NCBI GenBank assembly: GCA_036172245.1
Contig: JAYWIR010000036.1
Coordinates: 558,001-622,000, forward strand
Direction of reading: 5' to 3'
Origin: Raillietiella orientalis
Taxonomy: Eukaryota
Length of the DNA: 64,000 bases
Shown here in pieces: positions 42,720 through 56,301 of this stretch. Positions within the stretch are counted from its first letter, which is position 1. Each line of letters opens with the position of its first letter. A program made the position numbers and the translations under genes. The notes beneath the pieces are model-generated. The model ran no database searches, was not told where the DNA came from, and saw only the letters and a list, made by a program, of their open reading frames with translations.

Positions 42720-45700
42720 TTTATCACACTCGCGTTCTTTGCAAGGGACGTCCCTGAAGCCACAGCCAAGGACCAGAGGGATTACCCGTTATCTTCGCCG
42801 TTCATCTGCCCTCCCTACTTCGTCCTCTGCTCGTGTCTGCGAGGGCTTCTTCGTCTCATCTGGTGGCCCGCCCTGAGCTTCTGTTCGATTGCCCCCGAGG
42901 AGCGAGTGCTGGAGCGCCACATTCCGTTCCCAATGCGCCATCTCTCAGACCACCTTCGGTTCTCTTGGCGCGTCGTCCTTTGCAGCACGCTACGATCCCA
43001 AAGGCTCCTGCAGCGACGGTCTCCTTGATGGATGCTGGTGCTCCCTTGCCCGAGAAGGGGAGGGTCCAGCCTCCACCTTGCCGTCCCCGGTGCTTCAGAA
43101 GATCCGTGGACGCCGGTGACGCCCACTGCTGCCACCTTCCTGACACCCGTGTCAGGTCGCAGCTCTGAGTCTGCTCCGGGAACGAATCTGCTGGAGGTCG
43201 CCGGCTCCCATCCGTCTTGCTCCTGGTCCGAGCTGTCAGTTCTTCGTGCCCTCCTGATGACCTCCTTCTCGTTCCCAGTGCACCGGCTGAGGTGCGCACA
43301 CGTGATCCTCACCGGTTGTCGTCGGTGAGCGCTGCCTTCAACGCGCTCTCCCCCTCGTTGTCGGCCCTCTCCTCCCGAAGGCCTACCGATGAAACTCAGC
43401 ATCACCTCCGGACAGGAAGGGCGCAAGGCGCGGCCTTTTCTTGGTCAGGGGTTTTTTGGGGTGGCGGAAGGCCGCGCTCCCTTGCGCCGGACCGTGCGCG
43501 GACTAGTGCTGCAGACGGGGGCCGTTCGCCTGGGGCGCTCCTCCCTCTTCGGAACCGGCGATGGCGACGCCTCTGGGATCTTCCTGCAGCTGGGGCCACT
43601 CCGCAGACGTCCTCGTGAAGGCGGCCGCCATGCGGGTGGCGCCCGGGACTTCAGCGTGGTGTGGCGCGCTGCGACGATGGCGCGGTCACTTGGCGGTCTC
43701 GTCCCAGGCCAGGGTGCCTTCCGGGTGCCCGCCTCGCGCGAAAGAATCACCACAGGTGGTCAACTGGGGGTGTCCTCAGGGAGTCAACCTCCTCCACAGT
43801 CCCTGGAGGGCGCGCTGGTCCACCAGGAGGCGCACCTGACCACCGCCGCAGCAGAGGGTAAGCTCCGCGGCGCCCCCACGACTCCACCGGAGCACAGCCA
43901 GGAAGAGCTTCCGTTTCCAAAGGAACGTCGCTCTCCGGCAGGAAGCTCTCCTCCGTGGTTGGCGCGAGCAGCGAGGTGGTGGTCTCTTCCCCCCCTCCCC
44001 GGGGACGAGATGGCCCGGGGGAATCGCCGTGTCCGGTCGCCGGGAAGCCGTGGTCCGCTTCCCGGCATGTCCCGCGTCCTTCCCAGGAGATCGTCGGGAA
44101 TCGTCGATGACTTCGTTTCCAGCTGCCCGGCAGAGGGGCGGGATTGTGTGCTGCCGCAGACCATCGACCGGAAGAACCTCCGTTTGACCTTTCCTTCTCC
44201 TGCCCGCGGGCGGCAGTGGCAAGCGGCTTTTTTTTCCGGCCTCCGCTTCGCTGCTAAGAGGGTGAGCTGGGTTGGCAAGGGGTGGCGGCGGTCCTTCCCC
44301 CTCCCTTTCCCACCGACAGGAGCTCTCGCTCCCGCCCCTAGTCCGGTGAAGGGCCGCTTCCCCCCGACTGCGTGCCATCTCGGAAAGGTCCGCCCTCGCC
44401 TTGGCGGTTGCGTTTGTGTGGAGGAACGGCGGACGAGCAGGAAGAATTGCGGAGGGGGGGGGGATTTCCCGTTGACACCTCCGCCGCCGCCCTCTCGGCG
44501 CGCCTGCGCTCCTCGGCACGGAGAGATTCCTTCGTCATAGGCGTCGTCGTCTCTTACCCCTTTTCTGAAGTGGGCCGGCCCAGTGCTTGGCACACCCACG
44601 GGCTGATTTGGCGGACACGACAGCTGGTCGAATCCGAAAGCGGCGGACACTCGGAAATGGAGGCGCGGTGGTCGGCGGTGCAGCGCTCGGCGACAATGAG
44701 GAATCGACAACAATGCAACAGGGAGAGGGGGACGGCGAAAGTGCGCGGCATGACCGGAAGAGGGGAGAAGCGTCGCCTCGCTCAGGAACATTCCGTCCGC
44801 TCTCCTCCCACTCGCGCGGGCCGGTAGGGCGACCGCCGAGATAGGGGGAGGGGGGGACCTTTGACTGCCCGAAGGCGCCGGGGGGAGAGCACGGCAAAAC
44901 TCGCGGGATGGGCGCCTCTTTGGGAATCCTCGAGGGAAGACACGCGGAGGCGTCGATCCGCATCCGTAGGTTCGTCGGTCGCGTCTCCCAAAACGGAGGC
45001 CGCCGCCCTCCCTGCCTCGAACTCTCCCAGCGGGCCAGCTCGGATTTGCAGGCTGCTCAGTGATGGCTTCCCCAGTTGCCGCGAGGATCTCTCAACTCGA
45101 AAACAAGCAGGAAACGGGAGATGCGAGCGCGGACGCTCGCTTTTCTCTCCAGGGGAACAGCGCACCTGCCTTCCGCAGCACAACTTCCAGAATTCCCTCC
45201 GAGCTTTCCGTGGATTCCGCTAGGGAGTACCGTTCTCGGTGGCCTGGCGCTTTACCCTGCGGAAGTCGACGAAAGGGAGAGACAGGGAGGATGGGGGAGA
45301 AAAGGCGGATGGAAAGCAGACGGAAATGATCCCCCCTCGCCTCTATCCCCCTGCTCCTCCTATACCCGGTGGCCATCGACGTGCCTGCGTTTGTCCACGA
45401 GCGCCGCCGCTCATCGGCGGGGACCCTCCGCATTGCCCGAGCGTCCGCGAGCGAGCGAGACGCACCTTCCAATGCATTCCCCAGAGACCGCCCCAGGCTG
45501 GGAGACGCACTGCTGCCGACTTTCCCCCTCACCAAGAGGCTCGCAGGTCTTCTGCGGGTCGCCGGACTTCCCCGGACGCCTCAGGGGGCACAGCTCGAGG
45601 GTCCACGTGCCGAAGAGGGGTCGCCGCGCTCTTCCGCCTGACTCCCGCCGGTCACCTGAAGAAGTCCACTCCCCCCCGGAACCTCCTCACCCCGCGTGAC

Positions 45701-46900
45701 GGCGGCCTCCTCGGAGCGGCCGCGCTTCGAGCGGAAGGCGTAAACTGACCTACCCCGGAGGGCAACGAGGGGAGTAGAGGGTCTAAAGAAGCCGCAGAGG
45801 AGGAGGAGGATTCCGAGGGCGAGGGGTATCGTCCGCACCCCTCGGAGCGTCGGGACTGGTTGGCAGGTGGCGCTTCCGCAGCACGACCAAAGATAGTCAG
45901 CAACGGTGGGCACCCATCCAGTGCTTTGTAACGGGCGAGCATCTCGTGGAACGTTTCCCCCATCTCACTGTAGGGCGCTCCGAGTGGCAGGCCTGGTCAG
46001 TGCAGCGAGGCGGCCCGGTCGAGCCGGACCCGTGGGTCCCTTGCGCAGGAACACGTCGGGGACGCCGCCCCTTGCGCGGCCTTCCTCCTGCCACGCTGCG
46101 CACTAGAAAGCAGCGCCACCCGATGCGCTATGTCGCGAGATATCCTTCTCTCCCCTGTCGGTCCAGCCCGCGACGGCACGGGTTGGTCCCGCGGAACGAA
46201 CACGGCCGTGGACGCTGTCCGCGCTCTGCCGCTGCCTGCCCTCTAGGTGGTTCTTCGCGAACGAGCGACGCCTTCACGAGCGCGCGCGCTGCGTAGGCAG
46301 AGGTCGAGGGCGGCTGCACCCCAGGGACGGACGAACCGGCCTCCGCGCGTTGGCGGCGGGAGCGGGAAGAACGGGGCGGTACGGAAGGAGGGGGGACAAG
46401 GGCAGACGAAAGAGCCCATCATGGTAGTCAAGGCGACGGCGGGGTGCGGAAACGCTCATCAAGGTCGACCGCGCTCGTCGCTCCCTCCGGATGCTGGGGC
46501 GAGGCTTGCAGGGCTTCCTGTCCCCCTTTTGGTGAAGCGCCTCGAGGGGACGTCCTCCCGGGGGCGCCTCCGAGGTCACCACCCTGCCTTCCCCGCGCCT
46601 GGAGGCGCAACGGTGTTGTCCTTCGGTCGCAACCGGGTCGAGTGGACCGTTGGTCAGTTGCCAAGGCGACCGGGAGACCCGCTGACCTCCAGACCCGCTC
46701 CGCCTCGCCCCTTTCCCTCCAGGTCTCCTGGCAACCTGAGCGCGCTACCCTCTCTCCGACGGCGTCCCCCGTTGTCGGATGCCCAGCGCGAGTGCCTTCG
46801 CTTCCGGCGGATTCCGCTCGAGCACCCGAGACCGAAGGTTGCTGAGGCGACAGCTCATCCATCGAGGATCCGTCCGCTCCTCTTCCAGATGCTGACAGGC
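42720..46900 (-). mobile_element. Decayed RLE-type (NeSL/Utopia/R2-like) non-LTR retrotransposon
   Basis: Minus-strand C-terminus (43400-42815): RITCAHLSRCTGNEKEVIRR (CCHC finger, ET..H.L..C......RH), FVPGADSELRPD..KVAAVGVT (PD-D/ExK nuclease), TVAAGAFG. Weaker RT relics upstream (PFRDGTQSGGSGPSP, HTIPPL, GGGQVRLLVD). Short A-run at the 3' end near 42717-42722. 5' boundary uncertain. Confidence 0.55.
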
Positions 46901-47673
46901 AAATTAGGAGGGACGCGGGAGTTCGTTTCCACGGCGCCTGAAGGCAACATGCTGACGAATTTTGCAGCTGTTGAATTCACGCACTGTCGCCAGGGAACCG
47001 TCGCCATCTTTATTCAATCCATTTTTTCTTCTCCGTTTCCTTGATGCTTACCATCCTGGGCAGCATCTTTACAGCAGAGGTCTCGTGGCCGCTTTGGCCT
47101 GGACGCGAGAAGTCCGTGCTCTGCGCCTGCAAAAGGGAGTCTCCTGGATTTTCTTTTGCCGGCCCGTTCCGCTGCTTGCCGATTACTCCGGACGCTCCCC
47201 GAACGATTTTCCCCTCTGTTGGCCATCGCGGTCCAAGATGAAGCTGGAGCCAGCTCGCTCACTCCCGAACCTGCGTTGTTCCCTCATCCCCTCGTTCCTA
47301 CGCGACCCTTCTCGTCCCAAGAGTGCGAAGTGCATTTCTACTCTACTTTGCGTTGGCTTGCAAGAAAGCGGTAACACTGCTGATACCTTGACGGGAACGA
47401 AACTGCTCCAAGGGCGTCGTTCCCTATCTTCCAGAGATGATGCAACCAGAGTCTCAGATGTAATGCATGTCACGAATGCGAAAAGGGGGAAAGTGCCGAA
47501 AAGCCATGAAGAGCTTTCGAAATTTTTGAGACCTACAAAATGCGCGATTTCAGGGCCTCTCCTTCGGCTGTAATCAAACTGAAGAGATGAATTTCTTGAA
47601 CCATCAGCGTCCTCTCGAGCGCTCTTTTTTCTCTACTGATGAACAAATGACTGGAATCTAACATAATATGAGT

Positions 47674-48038
47674 TCAGGAAGTATTGATTTCATTTAAAGG
47701 ATGTTCTAAGAAAAGTGCTAATGCTTCAGCCTTCCGAAGGCCAAAACCAGCTTCTGGAAGTCCATACACAAATAGAAGCAAGTCAGCTACTTTGATAATA
47801 ACTGCTTTTCCATTCTCTAATTCAATAAACGTTATGTGTGAAGTGTCTTCTGTTAAAAATGTCTGTCCATTTTTTTCATATGCATTCCAAACAGTGCTTA
47901 TGGCTGCCTTAATGCAAGAATCCTTAGCATCTTTTTCTTGGAAACCACTATTTGCTAAGATAACCCCTTCGGTATTCACTCAATTCCTGAAGTGGTTGCC
48001 TGTGTCAAAATTGAAGTAAGCGCCTTCTGTCTTACTAT
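47674..48038 (-). pseudogene. LAMTOR2: Intronless, disabled LAMTOR2 (Ragulator p14, roadblock domain) copy
   Basis: ATA replaces the start codon (IVRQKALTSILTQATTSGIE, like MLRPKALTQVLSQANTGGVQ). A frameshifting deletion gives TGA at 47978-47976. The second frame continues NTEGVILANSG..AAISTVWNAYEKNG..KVADLLL..GFGLRKAEALALFLEHPL. Confidence 0.85.
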
Positions 48039-50099
48039 TTTATCTTAATGCAAATGCTAAACATTATTCTAAAGCAGATGAATTTCTTAAAAAAATGAAT
48101 GAGGTTTTGCGTCACATTTATAAGTATCGTTCAGTTCCTAATCAAGTGAATAAACTTTATTCTATACCACCACTCCACTGAAACCGAACTTCCTTATAAA
48201 TAATCACTCACAAAGGCAGTCGCACTGCTAGTGCCAATCCTAAAAATGCGCTCTTTGCTTTCTTCACACAAATACAAATGCATAAAATAATTAAACTAGT
48301 TCTCGCATCACTATCGAATCCGACATTTTGCTTCAGTAAGATGCATCAGCAACATCATCGCGCGGAACTGCAACAGAATCTTTCGTGTGCAGAGCATTGG
48401 TCCTGACGGAAGAACGGTTCGAAACAGGCGTTGCTTCGAAACGTATGTGTCCGCGCACGAGGCATGGCAACCCTGCGTGCGAGTTCCTGCCTTGTCGAGC
48501 AGAATGGAAAAAATGCTACTGAAGTACCGATAAGAGGAAGCAGATGAGTTCCTTTCCATTCACAAAAATTCATCTACTTAAATCGGTTTGCTTGTTCCCA
48601 CTGCTGCTTGTTCTCATTTTTGTTTCACAGGAAGCAGCAAAAAAACGAAAAGAAAAAAAATAAAAATGCTGCACAGCGACCCGTCGGGGCTCGAGCCCTG
48701 TCCTGCGATCCGCGTAACCCAAGCTTGGAGCTCCTGAGAGAGACTGACGCAAGGAAGGAGAATGGAAAGAGGAAGAATCAAGGCTGGAAAAAAGGAAAAA
48801 AATAAGCGGAGGAGGGGAACGAAAGCAGAATTCAACGGTGCTTCGTTGCCTGCGTCGAAAGAAAAGTCCATGTAATTGAAGTCCTAGCAGCGTGAAGACC
48901 GATTCATCCCGCGTGCCACAGTTCTTGTTGCGCTTCCCAGAGTGGGGGTGCTGTCCAGGCAGCATCAGGATCCATTGGACCAAGCTCACGGAAGAGTGTG
49001 TTGTTGCACGAGTTTGCTGTTCCGCCAACGTCAGCACTTTCGAAGAGTGACCGAGTGGCAGCGGAAGCGGATTCCCAGGAAAGTGAGCTGCGCTACCGAC
49101 AAAACTTGACTTCGGTCCACTGACCTCGAGAGGCGAGAGGGGACGCTACTGCGCATGCAGCGAAATGGGCCGAAGCATAAGAGCGGGCTTCGAATGGTGC
49201 TGTCCTCAAATCTTGGCGCGCGTGCGATCTTGCGAACTGCGCAGGAGATAGAAAAATGACCGAAAGGCCAGATCGTAGGCGAAGGAGCAGAGGCAAGAAA
49301 GTGAAAATCGAAAGCAACCCATCCTTTTGCTCCGTCAGCCCCCGAAACTGGGGAATTCTTCCCGTTTCCAGGTGCAAACGTCACGGCAGTTGGCACGGAT
49401 GTCACCGCCACAACGGCGCGTAAGTCACGGCCGTCAATCAAACGGTTTCACACCATCGGTCGCTCGGCCAGCAAGGAGTCTTCCCGGACCGTGCCCTGCA
49501 CACCAAGCGTATCGGAGCACGCACGGGTCACCAAAGTGGAGTCAGCGTACCGATCGTGCTGTCCGCGAGGCGGCAGGGCTAGCCGTTGGGCGGCTCGTTG
49601 GTGCGATGGGTTTTTTGTTGATTCCGTTGCCAAGGCATTCCGAGCCTCGCTGTTCGAAACGAATTGTAATTGGTCGATTTGAATTTCTAGGCTAGCGGAT
49701 AGCGAGCGGTGCTCGGCCGCCTGTCGGAAGCGCTCGTAGGAGCGCCACGTGGTTTCCTCCGTTTGCGGGAAAGCAAGGGATGGTCCCCAGTGGCGAGACC
49801 GTGCGGGAATCCCGGAATTTTCGGCGGGAGCTCCAATGGAACGAGGCGCGTCGGGAGGATCTTTGTGGTTGACTTTTGACCTTTCCCTTCCTGTGCGCTC
49901 CCAGAGGGAAACACCCGAAGGCAAGCGTGATGTGCGTGCGTAAGTGGGAAAGCACCCTCTCGTTTTTCCCCTCACCCCTCGTTACCCCTCCTCCTTCCCC
50001 TCTTCTCACCCTTCGTTACCCTTCCCGTCTTACCCTCTTCACTGACGGAAGATGGGATTGTCCGAGAATCTCTGTCGCCGACCCTTCCCGCACGCCTCC

Positions 50100-51400
50100 G
50101 TAACGAACCGAGCGCCAGCGCAGGAGACCAGTGCAACTCGTCGTTCCGGAGGTAAGGTCACCAGCTGACACCCGCCGAGGGAACCAGCGCGTGCGAGGCG
50201 CTAGCCAGGCTTGACCCAACGTGATCAAGGACAAGCATCAGGGGAACAGTAGGTGACAGGCAACAAGGGAGAGGGACCGAGGGGTGGGTTGTGAGTGCAT
50301 AGTACGGGTGGGACGGCCGGGACGGAAAGAGGCAAGGAAAGTTCTTCAGAGGCCGACCCTCGCCCTCGCGTGGCAGTTCCGAGGAGCACAGACTCTTTGG
50401 TGACGGTAGCTGGAGGACCACAAGAGGGAGGTTGTCGCCACCATCCCTCGGGGTTTGCGAGAGGAAAGGGGGAGCGGATCCAGACAGCCCGGAACCCGCC
50501 TTCGGAAACAAACCGAAGACCGCAGAGCGGTGCTGCAGCTCTTTCGCGATGTTGTGCGGGCGATGATACACGAGCGGGTATCCTGTCCTGGCAGGCTGTG
50601 GTCGGGAGGTCTGCTCCTTCCTTGGACCGTCGCGCTCAGCCAATGAAAGCCTCCCCTCTTGCTTAGGGCCGATCGCCCGCCTCTCGTATTTCCTTGCACC
50701 TTAGGGCGCGCGGAGGAGTGGGAGCGTACAGGACAGTTGAGCTACGTGACTATTTGGATGGGCAGCGCCTCTGGATCCCTCCGATGACCCCGTGACAGCT
50801 TCGAGCAGCACACATTTTTCCAGGGTCTGCAACGCGAGCAGGGAAAGCGCGAAAGTCTTCCGTTTCTCCGCAGGGACCCGTTGCCAGCCACCCCTCCAGG
50901 TTCAGCACACGCGCAGTTCCGGGGGGATGCGGCAACAGAGATTGACCTTGCACAAGGCTAGCGTGGAAGCACGACCCTGAGGACTTTGCGTTTCCCTTTT
51001 CGGCGGACGCCGACGAGCTTGCCCCACTCCGAGACGAATCTCCGAACCCGCGGGTGAGGGTGGCACCGATGGGCGTGAAAGAGACGCGGACGTGCTGCTA
51101 CCGTACCCGAACGTTCGCCGGAACCATCGCCGCGCTTGGAATGCGGCCGGCCGGTTGCTTCGAGGCGCCTTGGAAATCCAAGGCCCCTCTTGAGATCAGC
51201 GCCGAGTTTCGACGCAGATTCCTCGATGTCCCACCCTTGGATGTCTTCGGGCAGCGCATCCGCTTCGCTTCCGCAGCGGCGGTGGAGAGCCGGCGGGCGA
51301 CCTCACCACCACCCGAACCCAGTGTGCCCTCCTTACTCCACACTCATTCAGCAAACGAACTCGGCAAGACTGAGTCGCTCGTGCCGACGCTGTCAAGTGG
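50100..51400 (+). mobile_element. Possible second CRE-like/non-LTR RT relic
   Basis: EGTSACEALAR, VAGGPQEGG..PSGF, CAGDDTRAG, RVAPMGVKE in the order expected for CRE RT motifs; very degenerate. Confidence 0.3.
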
Positions 51401-54400
51401 TTCCGTTTGAGGCTCCACCGTCTCCCATCTGGGTTCGGGCAGCCTGGCAGTTGCAGCAGGGAAACGAGGGAAGGAAGAAACTTTGAACTCCGCTGACAGC
51501 GTCGCCTCCCTAAGCGCCCCGAATGGAATGGAAAGTGCGCGTCTGACGTTGCGTTGCATCGCCAGCAGTTTACCGAGCATGGGTGTCCGTCGGCGAACCT
51601 CCAACTCTCTTCAGATCAGGGAAAGGTGTACATTGCAAGACATGGTTTTCTTGCTTCCTCCCATGGTTTTTTTTTTCTTTCGTTTGTTTGTTTGCTGTTT
51701 TTCCTCTTTTTTCGAGGGAGAGAGAGATTCACCAACCAAATAGCAAAATTCTTCTGCCAAAGATAGACCTTATAAGGAGGTCTGTATATGGAGACCCTTG
51801 CTTTACCCCTTAGGCCTCCGGAAGATGTTTGTGGAGGGAACAGCATCCTCCGCAATTTGCTTCGCTGCGAGCGTGCTCTGCGCGTCTTCCCAAACCCAAG
51901 TGCTGGATCAAGGGATGTCGGGGTGCTCACGCTCCGAGCTGTGCGATTTCGCCATGCGAAGTTCCAATACCGCGCAGTATCCCTCCTCTGATTGTCTAGG
52001 CTGCAGTCGCACAGTTTGCGTCATCGGCGGTAGCCTCCCAGCTCGATGATGACACCGAGGTCACGGACAAGCACTGTGGTTGTTTCATCATCGTTTCGGC
52101 GCAACTTCTGCGCGCATGCAGCAAGGCAAGCACGCGCATCCTCAAGGAGAGGTCCAGAGTTGCTTCCGGTGCCATGGAAACGTCCCGTGCTTCGAGTGGG
52201 TGATGCTCCTGAATCTTGAAGTGCTCCTGACCTAAAGCGTCATGCAGAAGATTTCGCAAAAAGTTTCAGAGGCCAGCGTTCGCCTTGTCTGCCCAGAAGA
52301 ACGAAACGGGGTCAGCTGGAAAATCCCCAGGAGAGTGAACGGCGTGGCGAACATCCTTCATCACTGTCGTCCAGAATCAGCATCAACAGTTCACATTTTT
52401 CAGACTCACAGTGCTCTGCACGATCTGCATTGAGTTCCTCGGCGGCAGCAGCGTCACAAGCATCGTCATTTGGCAACTGTAAGGCGCTACACAATGGACA
52501 CCTGAAGAACTTCGGCAGTCAGTTGCTTTCCGGCAGTGAATAGTGAATCATTGGATGCGCCCTTGTCAGAGAGCGATCATCAAAATCTTCCTGATCTCAG
52601 TTTTCTCCAGTCTCTTCTTGTAGCTGCATTCAGCACACCCTTTTACGCAGTTTCCACAGGCGGCGTCTTTCGTGGCAGACACAGATTCTCTTCGATAAAA
52701 GGAGGAAGGGGAAACCTCGAGATTTGGTACTCTTATGCTGAACATATCCCCATAGACTCTTTCCTTCAGTGACATCTCACGGTTTGGGCGGTTTTCCAGA
52801 CCTTATCTGTCAAGGTGGTGGGTGGTGGGCACGTCATCGGTCAACAGAGCGGCCAAAATCGTGCTTTGGGCAAAACGGCGCTCTTCCAAGGCCCAGTTCG
52901 AGTTGAAGCACGAAGCCTCCAAGGAACCGAAGGAATTGCCTTTCTCCCCATTCTGGATTCGTCTTCCGCCTTACTGGCGATTGAGGAACTCGGTATCAGG
53001 AAGCAGTGCTTCCCCATGCGGATATGCGCGATACCCCACTACATAGCCAACGCAGCGGGCAGTCGGCTCGGCTTCGCTGCTTTGAAGCTCTGCTCCTCCT
53101 GTGGGTTGCGCGCGCGATGCGGGAGAAAGTGAACGGCGCTGAGAGGCGAAGCAGTTGCGTCGGCATTACCCACTTTCTTCTTCATTCGGCAGCCTCGTGA
53201 TCTCTGTCGGCTCGAGCCCACCGGGTTTCCTTGTCCCGCGATCCCGTTTTGCATGGGTGACCATTTACGAAGGGAGGAAACATGCGAGGCCCGTTTGTGC
53301 GCGGTGCTCTTCCCTCGGTCAGCTAGCGCTGTACTGACGTTCGAACACCCTCGGGGTGTCTGCACTGCGGCATTTGGTGCTTGCTCGCGTTCCGGCAAGA
53401 CCTACGTTTTCCGGGATGAACGAAACGGGGGAAGTGGAAATTTCGCGTGATACAAATTGTCCGCGGTGCCACCATCTCATGCTTCGAGATTGCTGAGGTG
53501 TCACCGATTCTACATCTAGCGAACAGCTCACTCTTCTGAGCAAACCCCGTCAAGCTTCATTCCCCCTCGCTCAGTTTAGTGTACTCCTGCTGGGATATTT
53601 TGCAAATTCTCTTTCACTTGCTGGATACACTTCATTAAGCACATACCTCTACCGTCACCGTGGGCGATCGCTGCGGCTGCCGCCAGGAGAGGAACTGCTA
53701 GATAGAAGTTTCTGATGACAACAAAGTTTTGCTCTCGCTGAACCTCCGGCTCGCTACCTTTCCTTGTTTTACCTCGGTAATTCTGCTCCTAAGAGACGTG
53801 AGATTCTTCACGTCGTTACAGCTGCTAATCTCAGGAAAACTGACGTCGTTCGATTCCACTGAATGATTCAACAGCTGCTTTTGACATTTCATCTTCGCAA
53901 GAGGGGGGGGGGGGATAAAAGTGTCTTTGTCTCGGAAAGTTCTTGCCTTCGTGGCCGGCAGTGTACTTTCCTCCATTGGTGCACCCTCAGGAGGTCTCGT
54001 GGATCACATAATAATCCACATCGTGTTTTTTCTCTTTCTCTCTTTTCCAAGAGTGGGACACTTCGTCCCTCGTCTCTTAGAAATGCATCAGAAAGGGCGA
54101 TGGTGGCAACTGCTGGTTTCTGCGACGTGGAAAATTTTCACCCCACCGATGGGGATACCTCGAGAAGTGTGCAACGCATCTCCCTTCCGATTCCTCGGTG
54201 ACTGCATAACTTACAAACAGGAGTTTCTCCGAAGCAAGCACTAGGTAACAGTACAGAAAAAGACCAAAAAGATTTTTCTTGCTCCAGTTTTCTTTCTTTG
54301 CAAGCTATCCCTGCTTCCTTGTTCTGGCTCCTGGAGAAATCCTTTCATTTCGTGCTGTTCCTCAGATATATTACTCGCTCGTGGTAATTGAGAGAGAGAG

Positions 54401-56301
54401 AGAGAAAGCAAGAGTGAAAAAAAAAAAGCTTGTGAAGAACATGTGACGTAGTCCCCAACTGTATCTCGCAAAGCTCCTGCAGCTTTATAAGAGCCAAAAG
54501 GTCGTCCACGAGAAATAAACTTAAACTCGAAAAATCGAGAATCCTATACGCAGAAAAGATACGTGCATTTGGATACATGGATTAACATAAAAGGATGCAT
54601 TCCCAACAAAGGTGTTATGCATGAAGCTGCCTTGCATCTTTTCGCGCTCATGATGAGTAGAACGTCATAGATATGAGATACTCAAGAGCGATCAGAAGAT
54701 GCTCATAGACCAGACGATAATTCTATTATTAGGTCTTCGATGCGTCCTTTCCGCTTGTCGAGAAACCGCTACTTTTCAAGAGGTGCCACCTCCGCTTGGG
54801 GTCTCTTTGCTTGGATTCTTCCTTTCCGCTTTTGTATTGGAATCCTCTGTGCTCATTAAGTAATTTGACTTTCAGGTCCTGCTTTTGTCATCGTCATGCA
54901 TCCATGTATGTTTGTTTGTGTGTGTGTGTGTGTTTTGCAACGACGAACGTGCAGAAGACTACGACATAGTACGCTATACATTCATGTGTACAAACGCGTG
55001 CATCCATGAATTTTGGAAAGCATTTGAATTGATAGTGGAGGTGTATTTTTGTTCCATTCCTCATCGATGTTTCAGGGAGGCAGGTATTTATGTGTAGATG
55101 AAGAGTAGAGCTGTTTTGATGCCCCTGCGATCCGCTTCCAGCTGATAGCATTCTCGTTGCTCAAGCAGAGACACTGAAGTGGAGCGTGAAGGGGGTGGAG
55201 GAATTCCATTTCATCCCTCACACTGGGATGCTGCAGGTGAATCATCTGCAGCATCCACAAGTATGCGAGGACCATGGAGGAGTGGTTTTTCTGCCGCCCA
55301 CAACTTCAGCTTTCTGAAATCTGAAACTTGAGCTTTCTTTCGTTCTCCTGAAGGCATTCTTCGGCCACCAATTTCTGCATCGATAGTTCGCGGGTGGCGC
55401 TAGGTGCGTCCACCCGTGGTCATGGAGCGAACATCGCCTTTCCTTTCGAACGGGACGACTTATCGAATTCCTATCTACGCTTTCCCCCGTCGTGAGCGGG
55501 AGGTCTCAGCAACTTTCCACGTTCGCCAGGTGCGATCTCGCAGGGCACGCGAGTCGCCGGTGTGCGCGGGGAACGTCTGGAATGCGTCCGGTCAGCAGCA
55601 GGACGAGAGACCAACGGTGTTCTGGGTGAATTTCATTGCATCTCGATCTGGCTCGCTTGGAGTGCGCGTTTTCCCGAAGAGTTTTCCTGTCTCTGTTCTT
55701 TGCTATGGGGAGGGAAAGGCCAGCGCGCCAAACAGTCCAAGCAACCGACCCACGTGAAGGTTTCCAAGCCGCCAGCGGAGGGATGCGCGCAAGACGGCGG
55801 GTGCGCGTTCCGACGATACGCTCTGGCTCTCGCCGCGCGAAACAGCTCGGAGCCTTTGATTCCCCCGATGTTCGAAACGCTGGCGAGATGCACCTCCTCC
55901 CCTCACTTACGGAGCAGCCCCCACGGAGACCCCACGAGACACACTCACTCCCCCGTTTCCGCGCGAAGGTGAGCGCGGGCTCGCAAACGGCTTATCGAAT
56001 GCTCATCGGAAGAACGAACTGGTTTTATTTATAAAGTCCAAATGCCCTCAAGAAATTTTTATCACTACGTCTGCAGCGTCTCCGAAGAAGGGAAAAAAAG
56101 TGGAAGCGACATGACGGACCTCGCTGGAACTTGATTCGTTGGGTCCGACTCGCTAATATCTCTGCTCATTTGCTAATTTGTGAAATCTTCGACATTGGAG
56201 TTTTTTTTTTTTTTTTGCGTGTGTGTGTGTGTTTTTTTTGTCCTCCGGCCGATTCGAACAACTCAGAGTCCTACCCTTTCCGACTGCCCCGTTCACTGAT
56301 C

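Noticed and set aside
43389..44791. Long overlapping ORFs (383 aa +, 335 aa -, 247 aa -) as host genes
   Set aside because: Arg/Pro/Gly/Ser-rich products on both strands are expected in high-GC DNA; recognisable motifs jump between frames, as in a decayed retroelement.
45650..46200. DIRS-type gag zinc finger and tyrosine-recombinase element
   Set aside because: Cys/His spacing is only suggestive and no recombinase or RNase H motif was found; the block fits an RLE non-LTR element better.
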